Virus record (IMG/VR): IMGVR_UViG_3300026229_000023
Span: 1-51,220 of that record
DNA from: a virus
Lineage: Duplodnaviria; Caudoviricetes
Strand: one strand, 5' to 3'
Length of the DNA stretch: 51,220 nucleotides
The notes under the pieces: model-generated
What the model was told of the DNA's origin: nothing
Databases searched by the model: none
The model's input: only the letters and a program-made list of their open reading frames with translations
Made by a program: the position numbers and the translations under genes
In this document: piece by piece, positions 9,265-18,895 of the stretch
Position numbering within the stretch: the first letter of the stretch is position 1
Layout of the letters: each line of letters starts with the position of its first letter

Positions 9265-9312
9265 TGGTGGGCCGTGAAGGATTCGAACCTTCGACCAAAA
9301 GATTAAAAGTCT
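9265..9312 (-). repeat. att core: 3' half of tRNA-Lys(UUU), from anticodon loop to CCA; not a complete tRNA
   Basis: AGACTTTTAATCTTTTGGTCGAAGGTTCGAATCCTTCACGGCCCACCA; D arm and 5' acceptor strand absent upstream. Confidence 0.9.
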
Positions 9313-9353
9313 GACGAAGAACCATTGCGGCACAAGGCTTTCACCCTGATTTC

Positions 9354-9426
9354 CGCTCCGCAACACCATCTGCAACGGCGCCCTGAAACCCTTGTGTGGA
9401 TTGGCGCCGTTTCTCGTTGCGGAGCG
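9354..9426. repeat. Nested inverted repeats near att (integrase arm-type sites or hairpin)
   Basis: CGCTCCGCAAC (9354-9364) / GTTGCGGAGCG (9416-9426) enclosing AACGGCGCC (9374-9382) / GGCGCCGTT (9403-9411). Confidence 0.6.
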
Positions 9427-9437
9427 CCCCAAAGCTC

Positions 9438-9782
9438 CTACCCAATCCAGCCGAAAGGCGGATCCTGGTCGGCCTTGGCCAGCCGGTTCCCCCGGACCTT
9501 CTCCTGCCATGCCAGGATCTTGGCCACATCCTCCCGCAGCCTGTCCTCGTGCCTGGTCACCCACAGCTCGGCCCCTGCCCGGCCCTGCTCGTAGCTGCTG
9601 CACCAGCGGAACGGCCCGCCGGGGCCATGCCGATGCCGGTCCAGCGAGGCGATCCAGATCCCGTCATTCACCCGCTGGGCCATAGCCACCACCCACACGC
9701 TGTGGCAGGCGATCACGGTCAACGAGTCATTCGGGAGGCTGGCAGACCTGGTCGTCCAGCGGAAATCGGCGGGGAGCTGCAT
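9438..9782 (-). CDS. Hypothetical prophage protein
   Basis: MQLPADFRW... Trp-rich 114 aa ORF at the end of the late region; start uncertain. Confidence 0.6.
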   Translation of the reverse strand: MQLPADFRWTTRSASLPNDSLTVIACHSVWVVAMAQRVNDGIWIASLDRHRHGPGGPFRWCSSYEQGRAGAELWVTRHEDRLREDVAKILAWQEKVRGNRLAKADQDPPFGWIG

Positions 9783-9881
9783 GGCCGGAAGGATACGACC
9801 GGCCGTCGCAGATCCTGCGAACGGGCCGGCCACCTACCTGAACTGTTTGGGCAGAGTCGAGCCAGGCTCGACCCTCGACCC

Positions 9882-11297
9882 TCACCCCCGCTCGGGGAAG
9901 GGATCGTTCGGGACGTCGAAGTTTCCGCCGTACCTCGCGACGTAGCTGGTCACGCGAGTGGCGTAGATTGTGCCGCGGAAGAAGGAATTGATCTTCTGGT
10001 CTGCCCCAATTCCGAGCTGCGAAACGCCTACCGTCGGGAATGTACGCTCGTTCGACCCGGCCCCTACACCGTTCAGGTAGGCCGTAACAATGTTGTCCTT
10101 TCGCTCAATGCAGACGTGTACCTTCTGCCCGACAGGCACGATGTGCTGCGACACCCACACGCCGCCGTTGTAGAAGCCCAACTGACCCGAATCGCCGATG
10201 TAGAGTCCTGTTGACCCGGCGGCAAAGTTGATGACGAACCCCCATGCAGGGTTGTACCCGGCCACAGTAATGAAAGCCTCGATGGTGAAGTCGGTCATAG
10301 CCGACTGACCCGGGAATGGCCCATCCGACCAGACCGACTGGCCGTCAACTGCCAGCGTGATCCCCCCGCCGACCTGAACAACACCGCCTTGCGCGTTCCA
10401 CGTATGGCCCTTTCCATCGTGGAAATCATCTCCAATGCCTTCGAAGTTCATGACGCTTACAACGTTGTCCCAGAACGGATCGACTTCGCCGAACAACACC
10501 CGGACTTTGCCTCTCCAGATTGCCGCTCGGCCCGCAGAGTCACTGACTTGCAGCGATACCGTGTACTCAGCTTCGTAGTTGATGCCAACTACAGCAACCG
10601 TATGGTTCCATTCGAATTCATCGACAAAGAGTGGTTTGTTCTCCCTGTATCGAATGCCATTGCTGGCAATGTTGACAGTGGTGGCACCGACCGGGGCCTG
10701 TCCTTCGACGGTGGAGTCGTACACAGCTCCCTTGCTCGCCGACATGACCCTATTGCCTTCCTGGGCTGATACGACTCCACCATCGGCGTTCCGATACTCA
10801 AGCAAAACTGACGCGCCAGCGTTCCCCTCTGCAGACGCGCCCTGGCGAACCTTGCATTTAGCGAGCGTCCTTTGCCCTGGATACACCGCATATCTAGCCG
10901 TGTTTGAAAGCACCGATTCACCACGATTGCTCGCGTACTCTCCCGACCACGCCCCCACGATCGGGCCAAGCGTAGTTACTGCCCATCCAGCCCCCCCCTC
11001 CCACGCGGCAGGACCACCCTCAAACCCGGGGTTTGTGATTGGTGCTGCCTGCGACTGAAAAGCAGGCCAAGTAAGAACAACCTCGGCAGTGGCCTGGTCC
11101 ACATACAGCTGATGGCCTGGGGGAAGGGTGTCGCCATCAATCTGCCTTACGCGGCAAGCCCCAACGCCATTCTTGATCTGCAGGCGGCTTTCGTATGGCT
11201 CCGATGGGCGCGCGGTATCAAAGGAACCCACGACAAGCAGCGCCAGGTTCTGTCGCCGCTGGTCAATGTCCGGGCGATCGTAGATCCGCGCACTCAT
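9882..11297 (-). CDS. Receptor-binding/tail-fibre protein with carbohydrate-binding-like and C-terminal LamG-like domains
   Basis: ITNPGFEGG...W (CBM-like); DPFWDNVVSVMNFEG...DFTIEAFI...HVCIERK...YLNG...RVTSYVARY (LamG); start overlaps upstream stop. Confidence 0.75.
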   Translation of the reverse strand: MSARIYDRPDIDQRRQNLALLVVGSFDTARPSEPYESRLQIKNGVGACRVRQIDGDTLPPGHQLYVDQATAEVVLTWPAFQSQAAPITNPGFEGGPAAWEGGAGWAVTTLGPIVGAWSGEYASNRGESVLSNTARYAVYPGQRTLAKCKVRQGASAEGNAGASVLLEYRNADGGVVSAQEGNRVMSASKGAVYDSTVEGQAPVGATTVNIASNGIRYRENKPLFVDEFEWNHTVAVVGINYEAEYTVSLQVSDSAGRAAIWRGKVRVLFGEVDPFWDNVVSVMNFEGIGDDFHDGKGHTWNAQGGVVQVGGGITLAVDGQSVWSDGPFPGQSAMTDFTIEAFITVAGYNPAWGFVINFAAGSTGLYIGDSGQLGFYNGGVWVSQHIVPVGQKVHVCIERKDNIVTAYLNGVGAGSNERTFPTVGVSQLGIGADQKINSFFRGTIYATRVTSYVARYGGNFDVPNDPFPERG

Positions 11298-12844
11298 CAG
11301 GACGCCCTCTGCCCGACCAAGTACACACGGATGCCTCGCGCGCCGGCCGTACCAATCTGATCCACATCGAAGGTGATTTCGTCTCCCTTTGCCAGTACCT
11401 CTCCACCGGCCACCAGCACCGGCGGCGTGGCCGCAGTGGTGGTGCTGCGCTCGTTGTTGTCGAAGGTCAGCTTCGTGGACAGGATGCTGGTCCCGTTCCG
11501 GTTGACGTCGACAGTCAGGGGCGTGCCTGATGCCTGCGCGGTGGACAGGGTGGCGTAGATGCCCCCGTTGGCCACCGTGTCCAGCAGCAGGCCGTAGGGC
11601 AGGACAATGCTGTCCTTTCCGTTGCCCGTGGCAATGTCAGTGGCCAGCAGCACCGTGCGGTCGATCAGCTCGAAGCACTGCAGGTCCGGCACCGACGCGA
11701 CCCGCAGCATGTCGCCGGCAGCCACCCAGGCGTCGCCATCCGGGGCGATGTTCGTCGCGCTGATGATGGTCCGCTGCGCCCGGGTCTTGGCCTCGAAACT
11801 GGCCGGCACGTTAAGCTGCCCGCCTCCCCCCTCGATAGCCAATGTTACCTGCCCCGCGCCCACCTGCATCACCGAGAAGAACTGACCTTCCTTCCAGTCG
11901 GCGCTACCCCCGGTGTTGGCTCGGATGGTCAGGGTGATCGGGCCAGCCGAGTTGGCCAGGATCAGCGTGTTGTGCATGTCCCCGCCCAGAGTGACGTTGC
12001 CGGTGACGCTGATGATTCGGGGTGCGACGGTGTAGATCGGCTGCTGACCGATCCAAGGCCGCGCGTAGCCGCGCAGGGTGGTGAAGCCGCGGACGCCGTC
12101 CCCGAGGGGCTGCAGGAACCTGATGGCGGGCGGTGCGCCGCTGACGCTTGGAACGATCAGGAATTCGCCCACGCCGTTGGCGTCGACCGGGCGGGATACC
12201 TTGTAGTTGCCCGAGTTGGCGGCCAGCTCCACCGCCGTGTCGTAGAACAGGGGATCCAGCACATCGGCGCCGCTCAGCGGGAAGTCGGTAACCTCGCCGT
12301 CGCCCTCAAACGTCCAGAACTTCGGCGCGATGCCGACGGACCCGCCTCCATTCTGGATCTGTTCGATCAGCACCAGCACGGTGCGGAAGTTCACGGCATC
12401 GGCGTCGCCCTTGGCATCCCCCACCCTGATGATGCGGCTCCCCTTGGCATCCCAGACGAACTCGCCGCTTTCCGGGTCTTGGACAAGCTGCATCCCGCTG
12501 TCGAGCAGCTGCTGCAGCTGCATCACCCGGTAGTCGAATGCGTCCTCATGGATTTCGGGCAGGAACGCGCCCTGATTGGTGATGTCGGCCGGCTGGTCCA
12601 GTGGCACCGTGCGCAGAATCAGGATGTCCAGGTTCAATACAGGCGCTGCGTTGAACGTGACGGTGCTGGCGTTCGCCCGAAGCCCGGTCACGGTGTACTG
12701 CGACGGCGGCACCAGGTTGTAGACCGGGTGCGTGCCGGTGAACACCTGGATGTGGCTGGACAGGAACGCCCTCGGCCCGTTGAAAGCGGTGGCGACGCCG
12801 TTCCCCACGTAGGTCTTGCGGCGGTCATTGGCGGAGATAGTCAT
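11297..12844 (-). CDS. Tail fibre / fibre adaptor with T7-gp17-like N-terminus
   Basis: YVGNGVATAF...ILRTVPLDQ...NQGAFLPEIHEDAFD...QLQQ, DADAVN. Confidence 0.8.
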   Translation of the reverse strand: MTISANDRRKTYVGNGVATAFNGPRAFLSSHIQVFTGTHPVYNLVPPSQYTVTGLRANASTVTFNAAPVLNLDILILRTVPLDQPADITNQGAFLPEIHEDAFDYRVMQLQQLLDSGMQLVQDPESGEFVWDAKGSRIIRVGDAKGDADAVNFRTVLVLIEQIQNGGGSVGIAPKFWTFEGDGEVTDFPLSGADVLDPLFYDTAVELAANSGNYKVSRPVDANGVGEFLIVPSVSGAPPAIRFLQPLGDGVRGFTTLRGYARPWIGQQPIYTVAPRIISVTGNVTLGGDMHNTLILANSAGPITLTIRANTGGSADWKEGQFFSVMQVGAGQVTLAIEGGGGQLNVPASFEAKTRAQRTIISATNIAPDGDAWVAAGDMLRVASVPDLQCFELIDRTVLLATDIATGNGKDSIVLPYGLLLDTVANGGIYATLSTAQASGTPLTVDVNRNGTSILSTKLTFDNNERSTTTAATPPVLVAGGEVLAKGDEITFDVDQIGTAGARGIRVYLVGQRAS

Positions 12845-12860
12845 GGGTGCATCGGCTCCA

Positions 12861-12889
12861 GAAAGAAGAAGCCCCGCATCTGCGGGGCT
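12861..12889 (-). terminator. Intrinsic terminator
   Basis: AGCCCCGCA-GA-TGCGGGGCT followed by TCTTCTTTC on -. Confidence 0.6.
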
Positions 12890-12901
12890 GGGCGTGGTCG
12901 A

Positions 12902-15900
12902 TTACTGCTCGTCCTTGGGTCGGCGGTACATGAGGTATGCGGCCGCCTCCGCCGGGTTGTCCGGGGTGTACTGGCCGGTGCCGACGTCGTAGAGGTATTC
13001 GCCGGTGGTCAGCATCTGATTGCTGGGGATGCCGGTCAGCGGGCCGGCAGCACGCACGCCTGTCTTGATCAGCTTTTCCGCGTCGGGCTCGTCATCGTCG
13101 GCGATCCAGTCCCGGCCCTCCTTCCATGCCGTCTGCCCGAACTTCGCCAGCGCCACACCGGCGTCCACGATCGGGTTCGGACGCCCCATGCTTGGCTTGC
13201 CCTCGATCGCCGCATCGATGCCGCCAGCTACGTCACGCAGAAGCGGGATGGTCTGGAACGGGAACAGAATCGTTTTGCGCGCGAGCCAGGCGCTCCAGTC
13301 GTCCCAGCCCTTCTCGTCGTCGTCGCCACCGTCCGGGCCACGCATCATCAGCAGCTCGAACACCGCATTGGAAAGCACACCGGCAGACAACCAGGTGCCA
13401 AGCGCACGGGCCGGAGACTGCACACGCCCCAGGTACAGGCCGCGCAGACCTGATTCCTGCAGGCGGTTGTTCATGATGATCATCGGACCGATGAACATGC
13501 GCACCCACTTGTAGCGCGGGTCGCGCTCGGCCGCACTGAGGTCCTTCGGGGCACCAGCCTGCTGGGTCGTACGGATAGCCTTATCTGACAGGCGCACAGC
13601 CTCGTCGATTCCGACGCCCTGCGCCTGAGCCTGCTGATAGCGACCAAGCCAAATGGCACGCTCGGCCAGCGGCACCGTCCAGCGATGCACCTCCATGGCC
13701 ATCTTCATCGCCGCCGCGCGAATGCCGCGCTTCCCCGACAGTTTGCCTAGCACCACCTGATAGGACGAATCCAGCGAGTTGGCGCGTTCTTCCATGAAGG
13801 GCGACAGCGAGTGAATCATCTCGGTCATGCGGGCAGGGTTTCGGTAGTAGGCCGCGAAGCCAGTTGCCATGTACTTCGGATCTACACGTGCAGCCGCCTG
13901 GATCGGCGCCACGACGGTATTGGCGAACACCAGCGGCAGCCGGAAGCCCAGCGCGGCCACCGCCGTATTGGTCAGAACCGCGTCGCCGATCTTCTCGGCC
14001 ATGCTGGATCCCGGCTCGGACACCGACGCGCCGCGCACCGCATTCTTCACGCTCCCATGCAGTGCGTGATACGCCCCCTCCGACAGCCGCTGCTGGATCA
14101 GGTTCTTCAGCTCCTGGTCCTCCAGCACCCGCAGAGCCTGCTTCACGTAGCCGCGGTGCGAAACGTCGGTGATCACGTCATTGAGGTGACGTGACAGCAC
14201 GCGGTGGTAGTCCAGCAGCATCGGCGCCGCGTATTCGGTGCGCTCCTTGGTGTGGCCCTTGCTGGTCATTGCGCGGCTGAAGGTTCCGCCCATGATCTGT
14301 TCCTCCGCCGCCCGCGCCTGCTTGACGCCACCGGCACCCGCCCGGGGGTCGTACACCGCCGGGTAGTACCCGCCGCGCAGGCTGACCATCGAGCCATCGG
14401 CCGCGGTGAAGATCAGCGGCATCGGCTCGACCTGTTCGGGAGCAACGCCCGACAACCGGCGCTGCTGCTCCACGATGTCCGGCCACAGGCTGTTCACCGC
14501 ATCCCAGATGCCCTGCACCATCTGCGCGTCGGCCGGCGTGAGATGGCCGAGCATTTCCGCGATGTTCTGCGGGGTGAACTGGACCACTTCGGCGTTCTTG
14601 CCGATGAACCCGCCGCGCATCAGCTTGTTGCGGTTGCCCGCATTGCCCAGGTTCAAGGCCACCGCCACGATCGTGTTCTTCGACAGCGACCTTCCCAGGC
14701 TCGGCACGTACACCAGGCGGTTGAGGTCCGCCCGCTGCGCCGGCGTCAGGGCCTTCATCGTCTGCTCCAGCATGCCGCCGACGCGGTTGCGCAGCTCAAT
14801 CCGCTGCTGCTGCGCCGCCTCGGCCTGGTTCCAGAGGAAGTCGTGCCACGGCCCGATCTCGCCACCATCCAACCACTCGACGACCGTCTCCGGACGCAGC
14901 ACCCAGTCCATCAAGCCGGTGTAGGTCGCACCTACCTTCTGCATCGCGGTCAGGTCCGCATCGGAAAGCGGCAGCGGCTTGCCCTCGGCGATCGCTCCAC
15001 GGATTGCGCCGGCCAGCTCTGCCTGCGCGCTCTCCCAGTCGCGCTGGTCCTTGTTGCTCAGCAGCTTGTTCTTCAGCTTGGCCAGCCGCGCGATGTTGGT
15101 CACTGCGTCGTGCAGCTCGCGGAACTCGGTAATCGGCAGGTCGGCGTAGTTGGTCACGCTCTCGGCCTCGACCCTGGCCAGCAGCGCATCGCTCACTGCG
15201 GTGAGGTCATCGTCAGCCTGGCGCGCCTCCACCCATTGCCGCAGGCTCTGGCGGCGCGCAACGGCTCTGCCGGACACGTCGCGGAACTCGTAGGTGTCGG
15301 CGATGGTGTCCATGGCCTCCAGGTAGTCGGCGCCGGCCTTGCCCAGCCGCTCGCGAGCCTGCGGGGTCATCTGGCGCCGGATATAGCCGACCTTCGACTC
15401 GACCTCCTGCTGCACAGCGCGGGCTTCGGCGAACAGCACAGCGTTCAGGGCCTGCTGCCGCTTCGCTTGCAGGGCATCGGCAAACTTCCCCTTGGCCGCC
15501 GCCTGCGCCGCGGCGCGAGCAGCCTTTCGCTCAGCAACCAGGTATTCGTTTGGCCGGATCTGGCGCGCGGACTTCTCGGCCAGCACCGCCTGCGCAACGG
15601 CCTTCAGCTCGCGTCGGTTCGGCCGGGGCTCCTTGGCCAAGTCAGCCAGCACACCCAGTTCGCGCTCCAGCAGCTGGATCTTCCGGCTGCCGTGGACAGC
15701 ATCCAGTGCGCGCTGCGGCAGCGTGCCGTCGGTCATCGGCTCGCCGTGCCGGGCCTGCATGCGCGCGTCAGCCTCCGCGCTCACGCCTGCCAGGGTCTGC
15801 CGTACCGTCCACAGGCCCTGCACCAGCTCATCGGCGGAACTGAAGCCCAGCAGGGTGGCCACCTCTTCGGGATGAGTGCCGCCCTTGCGGGCGTAGACCC

Positions 15901-18895
15901 GGCCCATCTTGTCCAGCAGACCGTCACCGTAGGTCGCTGCCAGTACAGCGCGGTCCAGCTTCAGGCCCTGCAGCTGCTCCGGTACCGGCTCGCCGCCGGC
16001 TTCCTTTCGGCCGGTCAGCACGCGGTAGGCACGCACGATCGGCGTGGCCTCGACCTCCGCCTCGACTTCGCCGCGGATGGTGGCCAGCTCGTCCTTCCAC
16101 CAGCTCTCCCGCGCGCGCGCATCGGCTTCCTGCAGCTGCGCCATCAGGTCGGCCTCGGCCTGCTCGCGCGCCGCAGCAACCTGCGCCTGGTAGTCGGCGA
16201 ACTGGCGCTCGGTCATGCCCAGCGCCTGCGCTTCAGCCAGGTCGCGCACGATCGGCTCGAAGCCAACCCGGGCCTGTGCCGCCTCGATCTCTTCCTGGCT
16301 GGCCAGCATGCGGTCGAACACGCCGCGCACGTCGTCAGTCAGCTCCACGTCAAGATTCCGCAGGCTGCGGTAGACGCCGAGAATCCATTGCTTGAACTGG
16401 CTGAACACCGATTGCAGCTCCGGCGTGGGCGCCTTGCCTTCGCCCAGGTACGCCTCGAAGCCGCGGGCGAACTGTTCGTGCTGGTCGACACCGATCTGGT
16501 CCGCCGACTCGACCCCGAACCACTTCAACAGCGCATCGAGGTCGGAGCGCAGCTGGGGGGCGGCATCTTCGGCCGTGGCCACGTCCCGGTACACCTCCAG
16601 GAAGAAGTGCCCGGATTCGTGCAGGAAGGTGGACAAGTCGGCGCCCTTGAACAGGCTGATCTGCATCGCCCGGTCAGGGCCGATCTGGATCTGACCACGC
16701 GACGCGGCTCCCCCCTGGAACAGGATGTCCCCGGCCAGCACCTCGCGCGCAGCAGTATCCGGCAGCGCCACGCTCCAGGTTTGGCGCTGTCCCTCGATCG
16801 GGTCGTCCTGCACGATCTCGCCGCCGGTGCGCTCGGATTCCGTCCGCGCCTGATCCAGCGTCAGGAAGTCACGGGCCTGGCCCTGGTCGTCGGCCAGCAG
16901 CCACTGCCCGGCCCGCTGCACGTAGGAACTGCCTTCGCGCTCGATGGTCTGCTGGCCGCGGCCGTCAGTGGCCACCTGCGGACGTCCGAGCAGGCTGCGC
17001 AGAGCATCCATTCCCCGCTGCATCAGCGTGCGCGGCTGTGCCTCGGCGCCCTCTGCCGGCGCTTCAGCAGCATCGATGCCGGCCGCGTAGCGCTCGTACA
17101 GCGCCACCGGATCCTGTCCGGTGACCTCGCCCAGCCGGCCGAACATGGCGCCCCACAGCTGCGCCTGGCTTTCCGCCTGAGCGGGGGTGTACCGCTCGGT
17201 GCCGACCAGCTGCGCCATGACCGACTGCTGCACCTGCGCGCGGGCATTGGCCGCAGTCGCGTCCGGTGCAGGTGCATCCAGCGGCACACCCAGCTCGCGG
17301 GCCATTGCGTCGATGTCGAGCGCTTCCAGCTCCGCCGGTGACAGGCCGTCGGCCGTGGTACGGGCATTGCGCAGGATCTCGTCGCGGTTCGGCAGCCGCG
17401 GCACCGCAGCCATCCACTCCGCCATCGGAATCACGACCTGGCCAGTGGCCAGCTGCTCGGCCAGCGCCGACTCGCCGCCGACCATGTCCTGCAGCACCTG
17501 CGGTGCGGACTGGAACAGCGTCTGCGCCTGCTCCGCGTCCAGGTACACCCGTGCGTCCTCGCCGGCCACCTGTGCAGTCAGCGCCTTCATGTCCTCCGGC
17601 GAGCGCTCGCCCAGCTTCAGCTCTCCCGCAAGCTCGGTGGCGGCGCGCAGGCGGTCGTTGCTCTGGCCCGACTGCATCACCTGGTCCAGGCGCTCGTTGA
17701 TCCAGCGCACCTGCCCGGACGCGCGCGCGGCGCGGTAGTTGGCGTGCACTTCGACCGCACCGGTGGGAACCTCGGCCAGGCCTTCCATGATGATGTCGCC
17801 CCACTTCAGGCGTTCCTCGGTCAGCAGCTGCGCAGTGGCTTCGCCTGCGGCGCCGCCACCCAGCTGCAGGCCGGCCTCAGCACCGGTGCGCAGGACCGCC
17901 GAGGACGCGCTGCGGCGGGCGTTGTTGATGAAGTGGCCGGCTACACCGGCAGTCAAGGCATCGAAGATGCCGATGGCCACGCCCCGCTTGGCCGCCTTGT
18001 CGCGCGCGGCGGCCATCTTCTGCGGGTCGCGCAGGAACTGGCCAACCGCGTAGGCGTCGGTCGGGTCGACCTTTGCGTCCTGCATGGCGTCGGCGATGCT
18101 GGCGCCGAACTCTGTCAGGCCTGAACCGGTACCGGCCGAGGCAGCGGTCACCACACGGCTACCGCCACCGGTGGCCGCGGTCAGTGCCAGGCCCGGGGCG
18201 CCCATGCCGATCGACTGACCCAAGGTGACGGCAATGGCTCCCAGCGTGTCGGTGCCGCCGCCGGCCAGCTCCCGCACAGCACCGCCGAAACTGCCGGTCT
18301 TGTTCGCGCGGTCGAACGCCTGGAACCCTCGGTCGGTGCTGGCGCTGGTCACGTCTGCGGCCTGTGCACGGCGCTCCTGGTCGGCACGCAGTGCGGCTTC
18401 CTCCGCCGAACGGTCAGTGGTCAGCCGGCCGGTCGACGGGTCCATCACCGCTGGGCCATCGGGCAGCAAGGACAGCGCATTCGCCTTGCCTCGCTGCCAC
18501 CCGCTGACGATGCCGCCGATGACCTGCTCCAGGATGTTCGGCTCGGCGGTGGCACGGGCCTCACCGGTCACCAGCGAATTGGCATAGGTGGCCAGCTTCG
18601 GGGCTTCATCGCTTGCCAGCGCCATCCGGCGCGGATCGCTCAGGAAGTCGCCCACGTGCGGCGATGCCCGGCCGGCGTCGTCGATCTCCTGCCGCCGGGC
18701 GTCCTGCTCGTAGTCTCCAAGGTTAGCCGCCACCACGCCGAAGGGCTGGCCAAGCTGATCCGACAGCTGGTTCGCGCGCGCGGCTTCTTCCGGCTTCTGA
18801 CTGGTGCCGGTGTAGGTGCTGCGCAGCGTCACCTGCCGGTTGCTCTCGATCTCGTCCGACAGTTCGTCGAAGCCTTCCAGCACTTTGTCGATCAC
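12902..18895 (-). CDS. Large internal virion / DNA-ejection protein (1997 aa)
   Basis: Size, Ala-rich helical composition, position before tail fibre; ADLSTFLHESGHFF (HExxH) motif; GTG start overlapping upstream stop. Confidence 0.8.
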   Translation of the reverse strand: MIDKVLEGFDELSDEIESNRQVTLRSTYTGTSQKPEEAARANQLSDQLGQPFGVVAANLGDYEQDARRQEIDDAGRASPHVGDFLSDPRRMALASDEAPKLATYANSLVTGEARATAEPNILEQVIGGIVSGWQRGKANALSLLPDGPAVMDPSTGRLTTDRSAEEAALRADQERRAQAADVTSASTDRGFQAFDRANKTGSFGGAVRELAGGGTDTLGAIAVTLGQSIGMGAPGLALTAATGGGSRVVTAASAGTGSGLTEFGASIADAMQDAKVDPTDAYAVGQFLRDPQKMAAARDKAAKRGVAIGIFDALTAGVAGHFINNARRSASSAVLRTGAEAGLQLGGGAAGEATAQLLTEERLKWGDIIMEGLAEVPTGAVEVHANYRAARASGQVRWINERLDQVMQSGQSNDRLRAATELAGELKLGERSPEDMKALTAQVAGEDARVYLDAEQAQTLFQSAPQVLQDMVGGESALAEQLATGQVVIPMAEWMAAVPRLPNRDEILRNARTTADGLSPAELEALDIDAMARELGVPLDAPAPDATAANARAQVQQSVMAQLVGTERYTPAQAESQAQLWGAMFGRLGEVTGQDPVALYERYAAGIDAAEAPAEGAEAQPRTLMQRGMDALRSLLGRPQVATDGRGQQTIEREGSSYVQRAGQWLLADDQGQARDFLTLDQARTESERTGGEIVQDDPIEGQRQTWSVALPDTAAREVLAGDILFQGGAASRGQIQIGPDRAMQISLFKGADLSTFLHESGHFFLEVYRDVATAEDAAPQLRSDLDALLKWFGVESADQIGVDQHEQFARGFEAYLGEGKAPTPELQSVFSQFKQWILGVYRSLRNLDVELTDDVRGVFDRMLASQEEIEAAQARVGFEPIVRDLAEAQALGMTERQFADYQAQVAAAREQAEADLMAQLQEADARARESWWKDELATIRGEVEAEVEATPIVRAYRVLTGRKEAGGEPVPEQLQGLKLDRAVLAATYGDGLLDKMGRVYARKGGTHPEEVATLLGFSSADELVQGLWTVRQTLAGVSAEADARMQARHGEPMTDGTLPQRALDAVHGSRKIQLLERELGVLADLAKEPRPNRRELKAVAQAVLAEKSARQIRPNEYLVAERKAARAAAQAAAKGKFADALQAKRQQALNAVLFAEARAVQQEVESKVGYIRRQMTPQARERLGKAGADYLEAMDTIADTYEFRDVSGRAVARRQSLRQWVEARQADDDLTAVSDALLARVEAESVTNYADLPITEFRELHDAVTNIARLAKLKNKLLSNKDQRDWESAQAELAGAIRGAIAEGKPLPLSDADLTAMQKVGATYTGLMDWVLRPETVVEWLDGGEIGPWHDFLWNQAEAAQQQRIELRNRVGGMLEQTMKALTPAQRADLNRLVYVPSLGRSLSKNTIVAVALNLGNAGNRNKLMRGGFIGKNAEVVQFTPQNIAEMLGHLTPADAQMVQGIWDAVNSLWPDIVEQQRRLSGVAPEQVEPMPLIFTAADGSMVSLRGGYYPAVYDPRAGAGGVKQARAAEEQIMGGTFSRAMTSKGHTKERTEYAAPMLLDYHRVLSRHLNDVITDVSHRGYVKQALRVLEDQELKNLIQQRLSEGAYHALHGSVKNAVRGASVSEPGSSMAEKIGDAVLTNTAVAALGFRLPLVFANTVVAPIQAAARVDPKYMATGFAAYYRNPARMTEMIHSLSPFMEERANSLDSSYQVVLGKLSGKRGIRAAAMKMAMEVHRWTVPLAERAIWLGRYQQAQAQGVGIDEAVRLSDKAIRTTQQAGAPKDLSAAERDPRYKWVRMFIGPMIIMNNRLQESGLRGLYLGRVQSPARALGTWLSAGVLSNAVFELLMMRGPDGGDDDEKGWDDWSAWLARKTILFPFQTIPLLRDVAGGIDAAIEGKPSMGRPNPIVDAGVALAKFGQTAWKEGRDWIADDDEPDAEKLIKTGVRAAGPLTGIPSNQMLTTGEYLYDVGTGQYTPDNPAEAAAYLMYRRPKDEQ

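Noticed and set aside
9265-9312. Functional tRNA-Lys gene
   Set aside because: 5' half is missing; it is an att duplication
9400-12900. Diversity-generating retroelement, as in BPP-1
   Set aside because: No reverse transcriptase, Avd or TR/VR repeat pair seen
14204-17341. 1045-aa + strand ORF, and similar long ORFs at 18907-21123, 22733-24391 and 26913-28958
   Set aside because: Antisense shadows of high-GC3 virion genes; no motifs or RBS
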